Source of the DNA: Patescibacteria group bacterium
Lineage (GTDB): Bacteria; Patescibacteriota; UBA1384; JBBRAU01
NCBI GenBank assembly: GCA_038206475.1
Contig: JBBRAU010000003.1
Span: forward strand, 13,852-77,851
Length of the DNA: 64,000 nucleotides
Reading direction: 5' to 3'
Shown here: positions 59,079 through 64,000 of the stretch, piece after piece
Numbering within the stretch: position 1 is the stretch's first letter
Layout: every line of letters begins with the position of its first letter
The notes under the pieces: model-generated
What the model was told of the DNA's origin: nothing
Databases searched by the model: none
Seen by the model: only the letters and a program-made list of their open reading frames with translations
Made by a program: the position numbers and the translations under genes

Positions 59079-60114
59079 TTGGACAGATGATTTCACGAGG
59101 TGAACTCTAAGGGTTAACAGCGCGCTTTTCTTCTGGTTTGGTGCTGCTCTGCCCGCTCTCAACGGCCTCTCACGGGCCTTTCAGGAGCGGATTTTTGTAC
59201 GGTCACACGTATCTTGCCCTTGCCTCCTGTTTGAGGGGAGAACTCTCTGACGAATTACCTTTCGCCAGAGAGCATCCTGTCAAGCCGAAGCAACTCCGGT
59301 TGCCACGCCTGCTAGGTGTACTTGAATAACTCGAAACACAATATACTGGATATTAATTTAATTTCTCCCGATATAAAAACTAGCGGAGCTTTTATCAAGC
59401 TTCGCTAGATATAATTCGTTAAACATGTAAATGTAAATTTTTTGTACAGCGCCTGCCAAATTCATCATCACCGACTAAAGCGGTGGTGCCTAGAGATGGC
59501 AAGTCAGATGGATAGCCTGTCAAGGTTATTTTGTTCGCAGTACGTTGGGCGCTTCGGCGCTCTGGCGTACTGCGTATAGACAGAGGTGTTGTGCGAAAGC
59601 GTGAATGGTGGATGCCTTGGCATAAAGAGCCGAAGAAGGACGTCGGACGCGACGAAATGCCTCGGGGAGGTGCGAACCAACCTGTGATCCGGGGATATCC
59701 GAATGGGGAAACCCCACATGGTCAACCCATGTGACCCTCTTCTGAATATATAGGAAGAGCGGAGGTAAGCTGCTGAACTGAAACATCTTAGTAGGCAGAA
59801 GAAAAGAAATCGAGTACGCCAGTGCCGAAAGGCGCTGGCTGAGATTCCGTTAGTAGTGGCGAGCGAACGCGGAAAAGCCTAAACCGTACGTTAATTTATT
59901 ATTGTACGGGGTTGCAGGGCCACGGTAGGGTGTAGCCCGGAGAGTTTTATAAAATTTCTTTATAGTTGAAGCGCTTGGAATGGCGCGCCAGAGACGGTGA
60001 TAGCCCGGTAAGCGAAATAAAGGAGTCTCTCTGACTGTGGTACCTAAGTAGGGCTGGACACGTGAAATCCGGTCTGAATCTGGGGCGATCACGCTCTAAG
60101 GCTAAATACTCTTT

Positions 60115-60156
<42 letters not shown>

Positions 60157-60618
60157 TACCCTGAATAAGGGAGTGAAAAGACCTGAAACCATGACACGTA
60201 CAAAGGGTCGGAGCCCAGCTTGCTGGGTGACGGCGTGCCTTTTGTAGAATGAGCCTACGAGTGTGCTGTATATGGCAAGCTTAAGGGGTAATCTCCCGCA
60301 GGCGTAGGGAAACCGAGTCCGAATAGGGCGAACAATTTGAGTCATATGCACACAACCCGAAACCAGGCGATCTATCCATGGGCAGGGTGAAGCGGCCTTA
60401 ACCGGTCGTGGAGGCCCGCACCTACCGGCGTTGAAAAGCCGGGGGATGACCTGTGGATCGCGCAGAAATTGCAATCGAGCTTGGAGATAGCTGGTTCTCC
60501 CCGAAATATATTGAGGTATAGCCGCACGTATAAGCTTAGAGGTAGAGCTACTGGTTGGATGCTGGGTGCGCAAGCGCTCACGTTCAGATAAACTCCGAAT
60601 GCTAAGTGTTCAGCGTGC

Positions 60619-60650
<32 letters not shown>

Positions 60651-61562
60651 GAAAGGGAAACAGCCCAGACCATCAGCTAAGGTCCCTAAATCTCTGCTTA
60701 GTGGGGAAGGAAGTGGAATTGCCAAGACAACCAGGATGTTGGCTTAGAAGCAGCCATGCATTTAAAGAGTGCGTAACAGCTCACTGGTCTAACCCGGCTT
60801 TGCCGGGACTTAGCGATTTTGCGCCGAAAATGTAACGGGGCTCAAGCAGAGTACCGAAGCTATGGACTACCGCCTTCGGGCGGCAGTGGTAGGGGAGCGT
60901 TTTTGTTGCAGTGAAGTCGTGCTGTAAGGCACGGTGGAGCGGCATGAAGTGAGAATGTAGGCATGAGTAACGAATTATGTGTGCGAGAAACACACACACC
61001 GCATACCCAAGGTTTCCTGGGCCACGATAATCGTCCCAGGGTTAGTCGGTCCTAAGGCGAGGCCGAATGGCGTAGTCGATGGACAGCAGGCGAATATTCC
61101 TGCACTCCGACCGCTTGGTTAGTGAAGACACATCCGAGAGGCTGGCCAGAGAGCAAGGTAGCTCAGGCTAGTGGGTAGGGTGGCGAGAAAATTTACTAAC
61201 GTGTGCGCGGCGGATCCGTACCGCAAACCGACGCAGGTGGGTGGGTCGAGTAGACCAAGGTGATCGGGAGAACCCTCGTTAAGGAACTCGGCAAAACAGC
61301 AGCTGTAACTTCGGAATAAAGCTTGGCTGCAACGCAAGTTGTAGCCCGCAGCGAAAGAGCTCAGGCGACTGTTTCTCAAAAACTTAGCTTCCTGCTAACT
61401 CGAAAGAGGATGTATAGGAGGTGATGCCTGCCCAGTGCCCGAAGGTTAAGAGGAGAGGTGATCTGTGTAGAGGACAGGGGTGAGAACCGCGAAGCATTTT
61501 TTAGCGCTTAGCAATAGTTCTCACTCGTTTCCTCTGCACAAGGAGCCTTGAATTGAAGCCCG

Positions 61563-61594
<32 letters not shown>

Positions 61595-61598
61595 TGGT

Positions 61599-61913
61599 GG
61601 AATGCTGCCATAGTGAGGTAGACAACTTTGGTTGTGAGCCCTCTGTTCGAACTCGTATGCCGACGAGATGTAGAACAAAAACGACGCTATATGCTGGAAT
61701 CTCTCCCGAATGTTAACGCGTAAGCGGTTAACCTATGGAGACAATCAGCAGGAAAGACTGGCGCAAGCCAGAATCCTCAACGATCATACGCGTTGCATGG
61801 TTGGTTCGTGCAAACGAACGGCCTAAAGAGATGATCTGACCTGTATGGTGACATGCAGAACACAATCAAGGGACATTGTGTCCGAAGAGTAATCTTTGGT
61901 AACAACGCTTTCG
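61599..61913 (+). other. Insertion 1 in 23S (~315 nt, ORF-less), at the equivalent of E. coli ~1931; putative group I intron
   Basis: Exon junctions ...GGTCCTATGGT | ... | AGCGAAATTCCTTGTCGGG restore the conserved helix-69/70 sequence. 5' exon ends in U; the insertion ends in G. Confidence 0.55.
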
Positions 61914-61952
<39 letters not shown>

Positions 61953-62405
61953 TGGCATAACGGTCTGAGCACTGTCTCAACGAGGGATCCGGTGAAATTC
62001 CAATAACGGTAAAGATGCCGTTATCCCGCATCAAGACGGAAAGACCCCGTGGAGCTTTACTCTAGCTTGATATTGCCCGAACGAATCGTATGCGTAGCAT
62101 AGGTGGGACGCGTTGAAGCCCTCTCTTTGGGGAGGGTGGAGCGGCCAGTGAAATACCACCCTTGCGCTTCGTTCTGGCTAACCTGTCACCCTGAATCGGG
62201 TGGTGGGGACAGTGTCTGGTGGGGAGTTTAACTGGGGCGGTTTCCTCCCAAACAGTAACGGAGGAGTTCAAAGGTTGGCTAGGGACGGATGGACATCGTC
62301 CCGATAGTGCAAACGCATAAGCCAGCTTGACTGTGAGACTGACAAGTCGAACAGGGTCGAAAGACGGAGTTAGTGAACTGCTGCCTGCACGTGAGAGCGG
62401 CAGCA

Positions 62406-62445
<40 letters not shown>

Positions 62446-62484
62446 GCGCCCAATAGTCCACATAGACGGCGCGGTTTGGCACCT

Positions 62485-62814
62485 TGAATACATTGGGGTG
62501 CTACAGCAGTAATGCTGTACCAAAATAGGTTTTTAATCTAAACATAAATTCGGCTTATAACGGAGAAACCCTCCTGCCACAGTGGAAAGATTGGCAAAGG
62601 GTAATTCCGTGGGAAGTCGCCTGGCCGTCTGGTAACAGATAGCTGGGTTGACCCCGTAACGACTGATTCGAAAGATGAGAGCTTGTTGATAGCGATGGAA
62701 GAGGAGCTCATACGCCGACGCCTGTCACAAACAACTGATAGATATGGCAGTGCCTACGTCTACAGGACAGGATGAAGAAATAGTCTGTGCCATAAGAAAT
62801 TATGGAATATCATA
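62485..62814 (+). other. Insertion 2 in 23S (~330 nt, AT-rich, ORF-less), at the equivalent of E. coli ~2500 in the peptidyl-transferase region; intron or intervening sequence
   Basis: Exon junctions ...GGCACCT | ... | CGATGTCGGCTC restore the conserved sequence exactly. The last inserted base is A in this alignment. Confidence 0.5.
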
Positions 62815-62877
62815 CGATGTCGGCTCGTCGCATCCTGGGGGGGTAGCCCCTCCCAAGGGTTTGGCTGTTCGCCAATG

Positions 62878-62926
<49 letters not shown>

Positions 62927-63048
62927 AATCTGATGTGGGCGTGGAATCTTGAGGAGAGCTCTCTCTAGTACGAGAGGACCGAGAGGGCAGGACCTCTGGT
63001 GTATCTGCTGTACCGTCCGGTGCACTGCAGAGTAGCTATGTCCTGACT

Positions 63049-63081
<33 letters not shown>

Positions 63082-63336
63082 AACTCCAAGATAAGGATTC
63101 AGAGGGTCCGGGTAGACCACCCGGTTAATCGGCGGCTGGTGTACAACCAGTGATGGTACAAGCCTTGCCGCGCGAATCACCCCATCATGACATTTCTGTC
63201 AACGCCGCAGTTTCTGTGGTGTTGGCCTGAAGCAGGTCCAGTATGACTTGCCATCTCTAGGTAGGTAAGAGAATTTCTATTGTGTTTCGAGTGAATCAGT
63301 GGACGCGAGGAGCGTAACTTCGGTTATGCTCCTTCG

Positions 63337-63453
63337 TCTGGTGATTCAAGCGCCGTGGCACCACCTGTTCCCATCCCGAACACAGTCGTGAAACGCGGTA
63401 GCAGCGATGGTACTTGGGTCGCGAGGCCCCGGGAGAGTAGCCCATTGCCAGAA
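63337..63453 (+). rRNA. rrf: 5S ribosomal RNA
   Basis: CCGAACACAGTCGTGAAACGCGGTAGC...GAGAGTAG core. Terminal helix tctggt/gccaga. Confidence 0.8.
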
Positions 63454-63462
63454 CTATGAAAA

Positions 63463-63490
63463 CAACCGCCCGCAAGGGCGGTTTTTTCTT
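63463..63490 (+). terminator. Rho-independent terminator after the 5S
   Basis: ccgccc-gcaa-gggcgg-TTTTTTCTT. Confidence 0.65.
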
Positions 63491-63556
63491 GCCAATTTAC
63501 AATACAAGTTATATAAAGACAGTAGTTTGTTGCGCTGGAACGAAAGGGGGAACGAG

Positions 63557-63802
63557 ATGCCGAAACGGCGCAGTATTGTGGTATTGCCGGTGATACCACC
63601 GGTGTTCAGCCCGGGTTGGTCCAGGGTGTGGTGGTTGATACTGCTGCCAATCAGGCTCGACTTCCGGCGAGTACCTGCTAATTGGTTACCCTGCCAGCAT
63701 CGGTTATTCCGTCAACGTCGCTACCACGAGCCAGAGGACGGTATTGACTGCATAACCTGTCGTCGGGGTGGACAATTGAGTCGGTTTGGCCCTCGCCACT
63801 AA
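63557..63802 (+). CDS. Questionable small Arg/Trp/Cys-rich ORF (81 aa)
   Basis: Has an RBS (AAAGGGGGAACGAG) but composition is unlike the other proteins. The listed ORF start at 63407 falls inside the 5S. Confidence 0.2.
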   Translation: MPKRRSIVVLPVIPPVFSPGWSRVWWLILLPIRLDFRRVPANWLPCQHRLFRQRRYHEPEDGIDCITCRRGGQLSRFGPRH

Positions 63803-63804
63803 CT

Positions 63805-63834
63805 TCAACCGCGCTACACAGGCGCGGTTTTCTT
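63805..63834 (+). terminator. Hairpin plus T-run (aaccgcgc-tacacag-gcgcggtt-TTTCTT)
   Basis: Seen directly in the sequence. Followed by two TTGACA-containing promoter-like segments. Confidence 0.45.
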
Positions 63835-63946
63835 GACAAAGCGGCTCCCTCTAGACATATTTTTTATATTTTGCTAGATTGACAACGATTCGCACGTTGC
63901 AAACCGGGTAACCACGCAGTGCTTGCATTGCCTGGGAACCCAAGAA

Positions 63947-64000
63947 GTGCGGTCTATTTATTCCGTTCACGCCAAGCGTGGACAAATAAATAGACCGCAC
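63947..64000. repeat. Perfect 16-bp inverted repeat (gtgcggtctatttatt ... aataaatagaccgcac) around a 22-nt spacer that itself holds a small hairpin; cut off by the window edge
   Basis: Arms at 63947-63962 and 63985-64000. Confidence 0.6.

Noticed and set aside
59095-59330. Candidate SRP/RNase P/6S-like ncRNA in the GC-rich block upstream of the 23S
   Set aside because: None of the conserved cores (SRP domain IV GGAAGCAGCC, RNase P P4, tmRNA termini) are present. More likely 23S leader or island remnant.
63407-63802. 131-aa ORF from the track
   Set aside because: Its first 50 codons lie inside the 5S rRNA and its terminator. Only the 63557-63802 part with an RBS is even plausible, and that is weak.

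Overview
This window looks like a high-GC (~58-60%) genome with a strongly reduced housekeeping repertoire (standard code, TGA used as stop). Many core proteins are unusually short (EF-Ts 151 aa, ProS 409 aa, TpiA 232 aa, UvrC 488 aa), which fits a streamlined, possibly CPR/Patescibacteria-like bacterium. That taxon guess is inference only. Most of the window is conserved core genes in tightly coupled operons on the + strand: ruvX-mltG, mreBCD-mrdA, greA, lysS-serS, hpf, secA, ftsEX plus a PcsB-like hydrolase and ctpA, rplI, lemA, htpX, ligA, gatC-gatA-cyclophilin-hyp-gatB-mscS, htrA, rpsB-tsf, frr-rseP-proS, uvrC, tpiA-pgk, tig-clpP-nif3. prmC-prfA-rpmE are on the - strand. The most unusual part is the 3' third. 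A complete rRNA gene set keeps the ancestral order 16S - tRNA-Ile(GAT) - tRNA-Ala(TGC) - 23S - 5S but is spread over ~14 kb. Each piece is separated by its own rho-independent terminator and by protein-coding genes on both strands, so the rRNA genes appear to be unlinked. The 23S gene carries two ORF-less insertions at classic intron sites (~1931 and ~2500, E. coli numbering). Between 16S and tRNA-Ile sits a membrane-anchored ClpA-like AAA+ protein whose first ATPase module is degenerate. The tRNA-Ala 3' end is duplicated as a perfect 19-bp direct repeat, and degenerate 5' tRNA fragments lie upstream. It is followed by a ~1.3 kb AT-rich (~40% GC) two-gene island of unknown function, then the 23S promoter region. 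Other notable items: a ~2.1 kb lower-GC gene for a large Ser/Thr/Gly-rich secreted protein that is broken by a frameshift at an A8/T8 homopolymer and by a second frame break; a ~45-nt conserved non-coding motif present at two distant loci; and a highly structured GC-rich element between htpX and ligA. No CRISPR array, integrase, transposase or reverse transcriptase was seen.
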